Below, in pieces: positions 24,346-38,060 of a stretch of DNA of 64,000 nucleotides. The notes below the pieces were generated by a model. It saw only the letters and a program-made list of their open reading frames with translations. It was not told the origin of the DNA and searched no databases. The stretch's first letter is position 1; each line of letters starts with the position of its first letter. Position numbers and translations under genes: made by a program. The stretch covers positions 485,950-549,949 of the forward strand of contig NMRA01000075.1 of assembly GCA_002633005.1 (NCBI GenBank), in the 5' to 3' direction. This DNA comes from Phoronis australis. Its lineage: Eukaryota; Animalia; Phoronida.

Positions 24346-25464
24346 TGTAGACTAGTACGTGCTTGATGGTGTATTGTGGTTTCCTTAGAATACGACTGGT
24401 CGAGCAGGGCGTCATCGTCGTAAGCGCTACGTGTTTGTCTGAAGACAGCATCTTTGATTCTCCTGAGTTCCACCTCCATTGGTCTGCGACTTAATGTTGC
24501 CCTGAACGGGTCTTGGCCCCCTACGGCCGCGAAAAATAAACACTAAAATGGCACGGAAATAAAATCGGACATTCATCATGTTGCAGCTAATCGTGTGCGT
24601 GTACTTTAAGGTGTGTACGTGTGTTGGGCACAGACTTTACATTTTCCCCATGAGAACAGCTTTAAGACCCTTTTCGCAAATATCTGTCGTCATTCTACTA
24701 GTGTGTGCCATTGTATACCCACGTGATCAAGGTTTCATTAAAGCAATTCAATAATTTCTTTGTTGGGTTAATCCAGATCCACACAGCAGGATGGCTAAGA
24801 TACTTTAAACCTGCCTTTACTTAACCGGTTCCCTGGTCTAACAAAACCAGACTTTCAGACCCTTAAAGCACGTTGGTGAAATGCAAGATAGGTCTAAAAT
24901 TAGACCAGGTTTAAGTCTTAAACCTGGTTTTATTAAACCACCGTCATGAAATCGGCGGCAAGTGTACACCTTTTTAGCGCCATTGTGATTTTCAGCCTCA
25001 TCTCTCATTGAATATAAATATTACTCTCGTAATGTACGAGTTGATTATTTGCACCATGCGGCCGACGATACATGTACCTCTCTGCCTCGTGCGGTGTTTG
25101 CGCAAAGTGGCAATTTCGATATTGTGGTGGAAAATCAATGTGTGCGTTTTTTCGTTGTTTTGGTGAATGTCGACGTCAGTTTCTGGTCGGTGTCACATGG
25201 TGCTTTTTGGGAATTCATAGCAAAAACTCCAGATTTGCCTCGCAGAGCGTGACAATCTCCGTGTACTTCCAGTTCGTGCAAAACATGTGCAGCAGTATAA
25301 GTTCAAATAGCATCACATGCAACTTTGCAAATTAGCTCATATTCAAAGTTACTACAATACTTCACTGAAATTTTAATCTCGTCAAAAATTCATAAAAGCA
25401 TGTGGAGAAATTCACTACGTTTTTCACTCGTTAAAAGCTACATTCCGCGCGACACTCCCATTGA

Positions 25465-28400
25465 GTTTCACTCATCAACCTTAAAATGCAACGTTTCACT
25501 TATCAACCTTAAAGTACAACAGATGATTGTATGAAACTGCGTCACGTCACAATGATTTCCCGGAACTCAAGAGCTACCGTAACGGCCCTCACATTTCTTT
25601 TTCGTATTTGCTTATTGATTGCGTCTCAAAATGGGGTGGGCCATTCCCTCGCTCACTACTGAAATCGATCGGTGTCGGCAAATGTATTCACGTAAACATT
25701 ACAAAATTGTTCTCAATTTGGTAAATGAATTGTTGTAGACTTTAACAATGCGCCAACCTGTTTACACTTTAACACTTAAAACGGAAGCAATGAGTTAGTG
25801 GCGACTGTATCAAGCTAACAACGCCCGTTGACAAAGCGTCGTTTTACCCGTTGTTTGAGACATCCGGTACCAGTAATTCATGATTCCACGGAAGGAATTT
25901 CTATGGACGAACGCTACCTTACATGTCTGTGAGATTATGAATTGAGATTATATGTAAATATTGCGATGGTTTATCATCAATTTTGATTGGTAGGAACTAG
26001 CTTACCACGCATTGACATTAAGAATAACGTCGTGAGGTGTAAACAACATGGCAGAGAACTTGAATTGGGTTATGAATTAGTTGTCAAGGATACATGTACC
26101 ATTGGAAAGTAAAACAGGCTAGTGCCTTTCAAACCATTATCCTGGACTCTGAAGAACTGAAGAAGCTGATGGGTGAGATTTGATATGAAAATAACAGTTA
26201 TTATCTGTTAACTCTTTATCAATGAGTATTTTAATTATCTTAACAACAAGAAATATGAGTTTTCCAAATTACTTCAGTCATGGTTATGAGAAACAGTATC
26301 AACATACTAACATGCTTATTACACTTAATGGGTTTTCTTTATCGATCTCCCTGAAAACATTGCTAAATTTACTAATAGTTTGGTTAATTCTGTATTTTAG
26401 AGGACTTGATTATCTGGAATCCAAACCTTTGCTTTTAACATCCAATTATATAAATTATACGTAGTTTTCAAGTCAATGAAGTCTTCTTATTAAAAACCAT
26501 TGAAAGTGACTGAAATTCGATATGGGATAGCTGAAATTATATAGTAACGCACTGGCTAATCCTGGAGCCTGAAGATCAGTAGCGTGAAAATAACTTAAAC
26601 CTCGAAATAACTATTACCTTATCCTTTGAAAGACCTTAAAGAATTGTTTTTGACCCATTTGAGGGCAGATTAGCAAGTTTGACTACACCATAACGTAGAC
26701 CACTTTGTAGAGTAATGATATTATCCATGAGTTGAGGGGGAGGGAGGACTAGTGATTGGTAAGCATCAAGGTTGTCATTCATGGTCAAACATAATTCTTG
26801 CTTACTTGGCACACCACGACGTTTAAAACAATCCTCACCTACGTTTGTGTGGGTTTTAAAAAGAAATTTGAGACTGTCTAGTTTGTCAAAATTGATGCTA
26901 GAGGGCATATATTCTTTAAAACACCTGCAAATTATGTTCCATTGAAGACAGTTGTTATTTATTTTTTACCAAGAACATAAAAAGTTACTTACTTGAATAC
27001 CTACTTTTATGAGCCTACTCACATAATCTGCATGTACACTATTTTTTCATGGTAAAGAGCTTTGATTTTCGTTACATGGGCTTACATTTAGGAAGCTGTG
27101 AGGCATACATTGTACATTAAAGAGATTATCTAAGTCTCAGCCATCATCTGTGTGTTTTACATTCTCTGTAGTATGGGTACCCTGTTGTGACAACTGCTGA
27201 TTGATAGTAAACAACGTCTGCAATTTCCCTGCCCTGTATCAATTATCTATCTGCCTGTGTACATAGAAACAAAGAAACAGTAATTGCAACAATTTGGTCT
27301 TAAAATATCTGAAAGTGTCTCAGAAAATAGTATAACAAGCAACTTTGAATTTGTTCTAGACCCAGAATCAAAGATTTTACTGTTTTAAGAGTTGTTGTGA
27401 ATGTGAGGAAATCTTTTGTTATGAAATCAGCTTCATGTTTCTGAAGTACACTCAGTCGTTTAGTAAAAGATTGAGCAATTATGAATGCTTGATTTAATAA
27501 AAGACGATGGTTCATGTTACTTGTGCTATAATATTTATGTGAGTAATATAATTCGTCGGATAGACCAATCATTACATTCATGGATTTTACTTCAAGAAGA
27601 GTATTCCATCTAACAGTTCACCAAAATGCCTTTTTCGACAGCAAAACTGCTGACGTTCATTTAGTAGTAGTTGCAAGGTAAATATATTTTGTTCCATCTT
27701 AGCTGAATTATATAATTTACATTATGTGTGTATTTGGGGAAAAGGGACCAATATCATGTGTTGAGTGACATGCCCTCGCATTAATCAGTGCGATAAAGCA
27801 ACCAACATTTTCTAAATAATAGTCTTTCCCTTGTTTACTTATTTATTATTGTGATATTTAAAATGAGGGTGGCCTCTCCAGTGATAGCACTCCTTTCCAA
27901 GAGGGCCCCTTATGTACATGTACAGTATATGTTTTTTTAGCTTTTAATTATTATGACTCTGACATGTTTTAATCATGGTCTTTAAATTTGTGAAAAAAAC
28001 TGATATCAAATCCAATTTGAAGGAAACATATTACATAAACATCTTTTTATTTTTGCCACAAATTATTGAACTGTGATATTTCACAGTTCCGTGATTTTAA
28101 GAAATCAGGTGAAGATAAGAATCAAATGGAAGTTTCACTCTGTGAATGGCTCAATCATGAAATTAAAGTTTTATTTCATATTTTTTTAAACTTTCAACTT
28201 CTAGACACAGTGCCTTCAACAAAAACACTTGCTCGGAATTTGTTATTCAGAGGATTACATTTCAGCTGTTTTTTAGGAGAAACGGAAAGGGCTAAGGTGT
28301 GCTCGTGTGGTATTTTCTCAAAATTTCAGCTTGTGCCACAACTCTGTGATTTCCAAGTCTAGCTGGTGAAGTTTTCACAAGCCATTTAAGTTGAACGAGT

Positions 28401-31400
28401 AAGAACTGAGGTTTATTTGAAGTGCGTTAAATTATAAAATTATAAGTACAAGTTCTTCTGTATTACAAATTTCAAATGATGGATATTAAGAAATAAAGCG
28501 GCACTGTGATAGTGTAATTATAGTAATTGTAATAATAGCAGTTACTAAGACTGATTATCACTATAACTAATTTTATTTTCAATATCATTTTATTGCCGTA
28601 TATTCTCGGCATTGGTCCTACCAGTGCATGTTTTTTTGAATAGATGTTTGAGTGAATGGATGTTTGAGTGAACGAATGTGTGGAAATTTCCAGTCATGTT
28701 TCCAGAAGCCACTCCCTGCCAACGAAATTTTTGCAATGGACGGGACTCTTGAGCGAATATGCTGAATCACATGGTTCAGGCCATATCATCCTCAGTCAAA
28801 AATATTCAGTTCTTGCTCATAACCCAGAAGGTATATCATTATATCTGGGATAACATTGCAGAGATATTGTACCACACGACATACTCATAGGAGGCAATAT
28901 AAAACAGAAACAACACAGACAATGCAACACTTGAAATTAACCAATTAATTAAACAAAAAGAGTAAGAGAAAGAAAAGTGGTAAAAGAAAGCTAATTTGGT
29001 ACTGATAATACTACTAGTTTTTAAAACGGCTAGTAAAGACATATTCTGACATACATTAAGTACAATAGTCTTCGAAAAATATATCATGATATTGTTTCCC
29101 CCGGAAAAAAATTGCACGATCCGAAATTTGTTCAATTTGAATGAAAAAATCCAAATATCATCATGAAAATTCTCGGAGTGGAAGAGTAATTGGCGTCGCT
29201 GATTGTTGAAGGGCATATATTCGTTTTGTCTACTACTTATCACTCAGGTGAATGTGATTTATTTGTGGTACTAATAAACAAAATTCATGCTCAATACCAT
29301 TTCTTAGTTTCATACTGAAAATAGGATTAGGACTTATATGTATTGAAACAAAATTAGTAAAGTTGCTACCAACAAACATTCCATCAACAATAAAGTATCT
29401 TTTGATTTACACCATTTTCAGCATCAGACCTCCTATCAGTAAGTTTCTTTAACCAGGTGAGGATAAGATAATCACATTAACGAACAAAATGGATTTTCAG
29501 TGTCAAAGTTTAACCTGTACAACATCAAATGCATTTCACTGCAGTAATTCTCAACACAACAGGAATGTAGATGCAAACAAGAGTTGCTGCATGACATGTA
29601 ATTAATCGAAACATGTTTGAAGTCATGGGCACACTTATTTTAATTACGCAGTCGATTCACACAACCACGTGGATCAACAAGAGCAGATGATGATGGTTGA
29701 TAGACTCAACATGAAATAAGTTACATGAACACTTCGATTAAAAAGCAGGTACTGTATCACAGTTTTGGAGTCACATGTAGACAAACAGTGATCAAGTATC
29801 ATTGGTTTACATGCATAAAAAGTAAAATATCAGACTTATATGCTGTACGGTAAATGAGTAAGATGAAAAATATAGCCGTGTCTTTTCGTATTGACAACAG
29901 TCTATATCCACGTCAAGCAACTGTTCAACGGTAACTTTAAAATTAGTATCAAATGTTCACTGAAGCTGCGACAGTTTCTTTTAATAGAATAAATAACATG
30001 TGTTGTCATCGCAAAACCATTGATCGTCAAGGCAGTGGACTGGGTGGCCCCTGGAAGTCACGAGTCAAGTTTGTGCACGCCTTGTTTTTCTCTTAAGTAT
30101 CTGCTAATTATGGACACCGGTTGCAGTGGAGTGTCAACCTTTCTTATTCCTTGACAGCATAGTTGGATTTCTCTCTGAAGTACCTTTGTAGCCTCTAAAT
30201 GTAAAATATTGTGAAAAGTTACAATATAATTGAGCATTGAAACACCAAAACCAAAGATACAGTGCAAAGAAAACGACCATTGGGTACAAGTAATGATAAC
30301 TGCATCTGTGCCACCGAATGAATGCTAGTATCAACAAGTGTGAGAGGTTGCACGTTAGATGGTGCAAGAAGTAATGCACCTGTTGACATTTGGCTCTTGG
30401 TATAAGTCTTCATCGCATCATAACTTCTGATGGCCATTGCAAAACACTTTATGATTTAAGTGGATCCCAAAGTTCTAAGACTGGAAATTGAACTCATGGC
30501 AACATGATTAAGTCTCAAGAGCTACTCAGCAGCCGTTGCATGAATGTATAACGTTACCACACAACTGTTTTATCAAGCCCAAACAATGGTCATACTATTA
30601 TCGTCTTTTAATAAGCAACAAGACACCTGCACTGAGAGACAATAGAGTTGCATTTTCACAGAACAATTACTGTGGCTATAAACCCTGTTATCCACGCAAC
30701 TTAACGTTTGATTTTAACCACTTTCCTCATTCAGATAAGAGAAAACTTTTGGTCTTGCTAAGATATGGCAGTTCATTATGGTTGTGACCATGTCAGGGGA
30801 ATGAAATGGCATGCTGTGACATGCCAACCTAAAGAAACTCCCCAGTAGTAAGAAATGGCTGGAAATTTTCAAGCACTAATGATACATTGTCTAAATGAAA
30901 AGTGGGTTTTCGTAACAGAACGCATGCTTATACACATGTATCTACTTTAAATTCCAGTAGAGCATAGGGTCTTTGCAAGAGCAGACACTAATTTTGATCC
31001 ATATTGAGATATTAAGGAAATGAATGAAACAATACCTCCAGGTTTCTTCAGGTGATCTGCTTCTATGACCAGTCTGGGACTCTTGCAAAGAAGTTTGTAC
31101 AGGGGGTTTGTATAAACCACTCATTCTGAAATTACAGATGACGAAGGAGGGTTAAAATACTAGTTGACTCTTTTTACCAGGGGCAATCACAAGGTTTAAG
31201 AATGTAATTCGAGTCAGTTTGTCACATCTTTATGCTTAAAACAATTGGATTCAATTACCAGTAGGCAACATTTGTAGCTGAGACAGCATCATTCTAAACT
31301 GACAGCGACTTAAGAGACTTATAACTGATGAAAATTCAGGCTTACATTAGAGCCCATACCTTAATCTCTCTATTCGATGCACATCTCGAAAATTGAGCAA

Positions 31401-32708
31401 TTCCATGACATGAGCAGACATAAAGATTTGCACTCCATTCACGTGATTTGATTAGTTAATTTTTTGAGATTGTGGGTTCAAGTAATGTGCCTGGACCATG
31501 CAGACTGTAAGTAAGCATTTTCTCCTAACCTGCACAGTCTAAGATGGAAGAACAGGGAAAAGTGGCCATCAATAACTGAATAGTTTTGATACTCCTATTC
31601 TTTCTTTTAAAACTTAATGGAATAAGAGAGATCAGATCAACTTATGGTTAGATGGGCCCGTGGAAAAAAGTAAAGCAAAACTAATTAGACATTATCAAGT
31701 ATAGCCATCTTGACCAAGACTTACAGCCTCACTGTACTCAGTATGACCAACACGGATATGAGCTTTCTAATTCTTTCCACCAACTGCTACACTGTTTTAA
31801 TTGTTGAAATCGACATAAAAGCCCTTTCATGCTGACTTAACTCCGGTCTGAGAGCAACTTCGACGTGAACTGCGAAGTTAATTGAACCGTTTATACCGGC
31901 TTCGGTAGTTAACAGGTGTCTAACTAAACTGTAGCTAACGATGTTGCCATCGAAGTAATCACAACGTAGTGCAGATGCATCACATGCGCGCTAGGAGTTT
32001 TTAATGTGATAATTTGGGAACAGTGACATGTGATAATTGACAAAAAACTATTTCTAATTCGACTGGTGAGTATTCGAGCAAAATATATGCAGCTATTAGC
32101 GACGACACTACCCTGTAATTGTTGATGATAACAGTGGCCCCTGAAAATATCTTCGATGTAATGGAAGTTGACCATTCATACTGTACCGCAGCGTCGACGC
32201 TCCGCTTGTATACTGCGAAGTAAACTGATACAATTAACTTCGATTCAGGACCGAAGTTAACCGTTTATACTGACTGTAACTCCCTAAAACATCGACTTGC
32301 ACAGGCATCCTCAGCTTCTGATCATCCCCAATACACTATATAATACTATATTATTCTTCTTATATTGTTCTTTCTACCAATACCGTTTACGGTGTCCTGC
32401 TCCACCGGGTTTGCAAGAAATTTGCGGTCAAAGCACAAAGATCTTCCCAAAAAGGTCGTCCGGAGCAGCTCCTTGGTCTCACACGCAGGGTAAGGAAGTA
32501 TTCGATGAGTTACGGATAAACGGCAATTGCCGAGTTATCGATGATGAGTGACTTTCCATCCGTAACTCATCGGATAATTCCTGCACCTCTCCAAACTCAT
32601 CAATCTTGGCCTAAAATGTACTTCAACTCATCATGGATCATTAACACTGAATAATTAGGAATCGGAATTGAATTTCTGAACTCGACTCATTCGCACTCTT
32701 TTTTAGTG
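25465..32708. mobile_element. Possible large decayed CACTA/EnSpm-like element
   Basis: The right end reads CACTAAAAAAGAGTG on the minus strand (32708). ACTCATCA-type motifs cluster at 25465-25520 and 32500-32690. Inside are exon-like segments bounded by splice signals, including ERMCG at about 28670. The left terminus was not found. Confidence 0.3.
31820..32275. mobile_element. Small degenerate TIR element with CGAAGTTAA/CCGTTTATAC repeats
   Basis: TTAACTCCGGTC and GACCGAAGTTAA are inverted relative to each other, and the CGAAGT and CCGTTTATAC motifs recur at both ends. Confidence 0.4.
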
Positions 32709-33666
32709 GATCACTGCTGCAAAATTTGTTACGACATTGGCTTTGCTAGTATCAAAATACTAAAAACTTGTAACGAAATGAAACAATTTCCGATAATTAG
32801 TTGTGAAATGTACGTAACCTTGTGGACTAAGAATCGAGGAAAAAGAAACTGGTCAGTAGGTGACAAATATTTCAAGGCACCGAAGAGCCGACGCAAAAGA
32901 TCGAACCACAAAATTAGCATCACAATAACGGTAAAACGCCAATCGGTTTTACGTTGGGGTTCCAATTTCGATGGAACACCTTGATATATACATGTATTTA
33001 GAGTAACGAGCCCTTTCTTATCACACAAGTTTCATAGCGCGTGACAATAATGAGCAGCATTTCGCTTTGGCGACTCGCCGAGGCGTAACTTGAGTTAATG
33101 TGCACTGAAAGCAGGGTGGTGTGAAAACGTTCAATCGTCCTGACTTTCAAGGTAAGATTGATACGAGTGGTCAAAGTGTGTTATCTGGAGACGAGTTTCC
33201 TCCAAGTTTTAACGAAGTGGCAAGGCGGTTCAATGTGTCAAAACATTTTTTTAAGATTTGCCGATTGATCGTTTGAATACAGCGTGCAGTGAAGTAAGCG
33301 ATGAGTGGACAAAGTCAATGAAAAAAATTGACGATTAATGTATTTATACGTTTTTGGCTATTGAAAAGCAGTTCCATTTGAAAAGAGGAAGGTCCCATTT
33401 GGCGCAAAAACCCTTTTCAAGCTCTACATAACGTCGTGCGTGTATTGAATGAGCGTGCTTATTACAGACGATACAGTAGGTTTAAGACATGAATTATTTA
33501 GATCACATTGGATGACCATGGCGTGAACTAGCTCCATCTGGTGGTCACCTTTCTTTGTCACACTTTACATTTATTTTTAGTACTTTTCGACAACTAGTTT
33601 ATGGCTTTGACATTAACAATTTTGGCACGTGGATCTTCAACGCTATGTGCATTGTAGAAATATATA

Positions 33667-34459
33667 TATAGTTTATTACATGGCGAAGTCGTTATCCCCG
33701 TTATCTAGAGCCCGAGTTAATTTTGGAGAATTATCGCCCGAGGGGCGTTATTATACCACATACTGAACGAGAAACATTGCAATGAATCGATCTACCTTTC
33801 TCGACTCGCCTCGGCTTGGTAACTACTGTATATGTCAGAGGCTCCCGTGGTGTCGGAGGTCGTGACGTTTTAAAAAAAGCCGAGATATTTTTGTAAAATA
33901 ATGCTTTTACTCAAAACCAATTGAAAACTAAAACAAAACAGAAATATAGTGAATGTAGAAATTAAGGTTTAGCAACTATTATAAGCTTCCTACACATTTT
34001 CTCTCGCTAAGCTTCGACCGGGAATATATCGTCTGCTAAAGTAGGTTACCACTAGTAACTGACTATAATGCTCAAGTCAAAGAATCCCGACCACAAGACA
34101 CCTGCATTCAAATTGGAGATCGGTGATTTACAAGTGAGAGAACACGAGAGAAAAATTTCACTGAATTAAAATATCGTTTTTGTGGAAATTATGCGTCTAA
34201 TTTTTCATAGCGTATATATGTCGGTGCAATACCCTTTGCTGAACATGCGATTGTTGGGCGTGCTTAATTTAAGTATTCTATTTTCACGTTCGATGACTCC
34301 AGCCGCTGAGTGGTGTAGTAAAGTCGGCGACTCGCAACTGTTGAGGCCCGGTTCGAATCCGGCCTCGGTTTCCGCCATAATGTTATCTCACTAGTGAGAT
34401 AACTTTATAGTTTATTACACGGTTGTATCTGCCATTCGAGGCTAGTGATGTGGTATGAA
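33667..34459. mobile_element. Crypton(V)-like non-autonomous element
   Basis: Direct repeat TATAGTTTATTACA (33667, 34406), inverted pair TTATACCACAT (33751) / ATGTGGTATGA (34448), and the perfect 22-bp palindrome GTTATCTCACTAGTGAGATAAC (34382-34403). The family assignment comes from recalled terminal motifs. Confidence 0.45.
34305..34369 (+). pseudogene. tRNA-derived sequence (degenerate; SINE head or tRNA pseudogene)
   Basis: A-box-like TGGTGTAGT, B-box GGTTCGAATCC, T-stem CCGG/CCGG and acceptor pairing GCTGAG/CTCGGT. The D arm is truncated and the anticodon stem pairs weakly. Confidence 0.65.
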
Positions 34460-34601
34460 AACAATTAATTTGACAGGGAAAAATCATTGACGCACGTGAG
34501 CCGGCAGAACTTGGAGACACGGAAGTTATATTTTGTTCAAGATTTTGAAACAGGTTTTTCGCACATTTACATAAAAATGAATTGCTTTACATACGTGAAC
34601 A

Positions 34602-35100
34602 AATTTTACAACCCCCGCAGAGAAGATTTCAATAACTTGTCTTTTGCCGTGTTCGACATATCAACAAGGAATTGTTGGAGAAACTGATAAAATAATAAAC
34701 CGGTTTCACCATGGTTGCTTAGTCACAAAACCAACATGCGTCTGATGCCTTTCCGTATTGTGGTAGAAACTTGTGTGCATAAATAATGGTTTGAGCATAA
34801 CCACCCCGGCCAACCCGCGATCGAGAACGCCCGGAAGGCGATCGAGAACACCCGGAAAGCGATCGAGAACGAGCCCTTGCACCAAACATGGCAGGCGACA
34901 GTGACGTACACGGAGAGTTTAAGTGTCATTTTCTGCTTAAATAAAGGCCACTTTGGTACAAATGCTACAATACGAGCCCTCCCCCATTTTGGGGAAGTGG
35001 ACAAAAAGGTCCGCCTCAGAGAAACAAAAAGTCCGAGAAAACGAGATAAAAAAGCCACTAAGAAGGCACAAATGCACAATTCCCAGTTCTGGACGTGCTA
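34602..35100 (+). repeat. Repeat family D with an internal 21-bp tandem unit (GCGATCGAGAACRCCCGGAAR, about 2.6 copies)
   Basis: Inverted homolog at 61285-61670 and fragments at 12665-12790 and 58365-58445. Confidence 0.85.
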
Positions 35101-36862
35101 TCCGGTTTTTTAAGTCCTTCCGATTTTTTGCAGGTAAAGGTCCACATCGTCGGAAATTCAAGCCCCCATATTAAGGGCAGGGTGCGCGCATGCGAATTGT
35201 GGTATTTCGCTTAAAACCGAAATTTATTTACAAATTGGTCCTTTTCCTGATTGCTCTTGTACACACAGTTGTCCAGGAAGTCACTAAATGACACTTGCTA
35301 TAAATGTAAATATTGAAGGTTTTTTTTAATGAGACAAAGCATCTTTAGCCTGGGTTCTTCCTAGCTAGGGTTGTTGCATAATGGACACAAAAGATGAAAC
35401 CATCTTGTTTGTCACATCGAACGCCCGGATGTGCCGGGAAAGGGAACAATGAGCTTGTGTAACAACTCTGAATATGTTGAAAATGGCATACAGTAACTGC
35501 AACCTTGTTACAGTCCCGAGTTGGTTTACAGCCAGCCTTACTTTCCGGTCCAATTACATGCTGGGAAACGTACGTGAATTGATTAAATATTCAGTTAAGA
35601 TGGTGCACGAAACCGTGTACTCGTGTGTACAAAACCATCGTAGCCTTTTTGAATGGCACATTAAAGGGTGAGGGATGACAGCACAACTGGTCAGTATACA
35701 TTTAGAACCATTGGATTTTCAGATTATTACAAATACTTAAAGTAAAGCCGTAGCGGTAAGTTTAACATGATTGCCGGTCCCCGTCGCCTGTCGTCGTGTA
35801 TTGTTGAACACTTGTAACATCTGATGTTCTGAAACCAGTTTGCAACACCCCCATCTAAATTTGCATGGGGAAACCCTCCTCAAAGTGGCATGTGGAGGTT
35901 AAAGGGCATTTCGCCGTTGTTTAGCGATGAATAATGAACTGGCTTAACCGAAACACTTATGGCTTATACATGTAAACATTAACACGCTTATCCGCATTCT
36001 AATTATTACCACCGAAAGAGATGGCACCTCAAAACACGAACCGCTGCGTACATGCGGCTGTGCCATTTTCATTATTAGCAATATTAGGGTGGGACGACCC
36101 CAGTCAACTTTAAAGCGTTTTCTTGAGTCGACAATGTTTTCGATATTATTCTGCGTTGAAACTGAAATGGAATCCTATCATGGTAAAGAATATCAAAGCA
36201 CCGATTTTATTAAAGTAAAAGACCTAATTCGATTTTTGTTTTTAGCATGCTCGACACGGCGAAATACAAATTTAAATGATGATATCAAAAGGAAGTTGTT
36301 CCGGAAACATGGATGATTCCCAAAATTGCGCAAGATGATTTTTCTCCATCTGCGAATTATGCTACAGTCCGCCTCCGTCTTTTACATTGATCTTCGTCCG
36401 GCCATCAGCCTCCGTCGCCATTTCCTTATGGTTCAAGGTTGTAGAGAGCAGGGACAATGTATCTGACATGTGCCCCCACAAATTTGCCGCGACTTAGTTT
36501 AGGGACGAAAAGTTCAACGCTGGCGACCACGAGCGCAAAATCAGCCTCGACGATCCCGGAGCTATCTCAGTGATGTTACGTCCACAAACAGAAATTTAAA
36601 AATATTGAGTGCTCCTTTCACCTCCACTTGAAAACTCTCGAGATATCGCGAACTATGCAGTATCTGGGCGTTTCAGGCTAATCAAAAAATAATGAACGTG
36701 TGATTAGGCGAGTTTTGCTTATATTTCAGTTGCGTTTGAGACACCTGGGTTATTTACTGGTCTACGATCAATGATGTAACTAAAAATATATATTTTTATG
36801 AAACAGGTTGTGAATTAAATTTAATAAGTCAGAAAAATTCAAGGCTTTCTAAGGAGCCTGTG

Positions 36863-36865
<3 letters not shown>

Positions 36866-36896
<31 letters not shown>
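36866..36896. repeat. (TG)n microsatellite
   Basis: Read directly. Confidence 0.98.
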
Positions 36897-36900
<4 letters not shown>

Positions 36901-37951
36901 CTGCTCTCTAAAAGGAAAGTCCCAACTTCCCAGTACCGCGCCAAATTTGAATCGAATACTCCCGGGTGCTAAGGGCACGCCGTCTCGTCAAACTTTCGTC
37001 ATGTATTCTGCAAAGACTGCGAGGGCTTAGTGTGTAAGACTCATTGACGAGGTAATGTTATGTACGTAACTGATCGACACTCTGTGTTTTAAGCAAACTA
37101 TCAACAGAAGTATTTTAACTCAGTATAAGTACATACATGTAGTTTATGACAGTGGAAAAGCTGTGAAATTTGATTGTTGACTTTTACCAATCTGCCTTTA
37201 ATCAAGTTACGCGATCATGTTTCTTATTGAAATTTAGCAAAAAGAAAGGCAAATTCAATACAAAACGATGGTGTTAATAAAATGATCAAATTTTATTTGA
37301 TATAAGTGGTTTACATGAAAATTCAAAAATCGATATTATTGTTTTCTAAATCATCTTTCGTTTACTTAACGAAACTTAAGATTTTCTTATAAAAATCACA
37401 AAAGTTATATTTTTGATAACCTCTTACGACAAACTATTTGAACATTTTTAAAACAATTCCCAACAGCGTCTTGGAAATGGATTATAAAACATAGATATTT
37501 CATGTGTATCCTATCAGTCATTTCTAAGATATACCACTCCAAAGTAAGCCGAACGTGTACTCTTTGCTAAGGTCAGACATAACCGTAAGAAGTCCTACTC
37601 AGGCTAGAAAATAACATTGTCCTTCACCATAACCATGACACAAAAACAACAACAATATACACTGTGCCAGTAACGAGAGGCTAGTTCAGTGAGCAACAAA
37701 TCATCTGGATCACCGATAGGGGTCACCGTGATCAGGACAGTTTTTTATCCATATCAATCCTGAATGAAACTCGTTGAGGTCACCTTTCAATCATCAAGCC
37801 AATTTTACAAACAAACCGAGGGAAACTAACCTGATTTCATACGACAATGATAACACCAAATAACTTTATGTTATTTTTCACGATGTAAAACACCTGTTCA
37901 ATCCTCTAATAGGATCCAACATACCTCTACTTCCCACCTATGTATGTCGCT

Positions 37952-38060
37952 CTGGTTTCTCTTCAATCCACGCATAAATCTTTCGCCTTTTACTAAAGAT
38001 TTCCGTGGAGAGGAACATTATAATGAGTCTATAGACTATTTTTCGAACCCTCGAGAGAGG
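37952..38060 (+). repeat. Dispersed repeat E, copy 1
   Basis: About 110 bp nearly identical to 42735-42843. Confidence 0.9.

Larger units (their letters stand above)
23587..24956. mobile_element. Degenerate PIF/Harbinger-like non-autonomous element with nested insertions
   Basis: Imperfect TIRs GCCGATTTCGTAAAGTTGGTTTAA and TTAAACCACCGTCATGAAATCGGC. Both ends carry AGACCAGG/CCTGGTCT subterminal repeats. Confidence 0.55.

Noticed and set aside
34817-34875. Short direct repeats resembling a CRISPR array
   Set aside because: The units are contiguous with no unique spacers, the context is eukaryotic and there are no cas genes.
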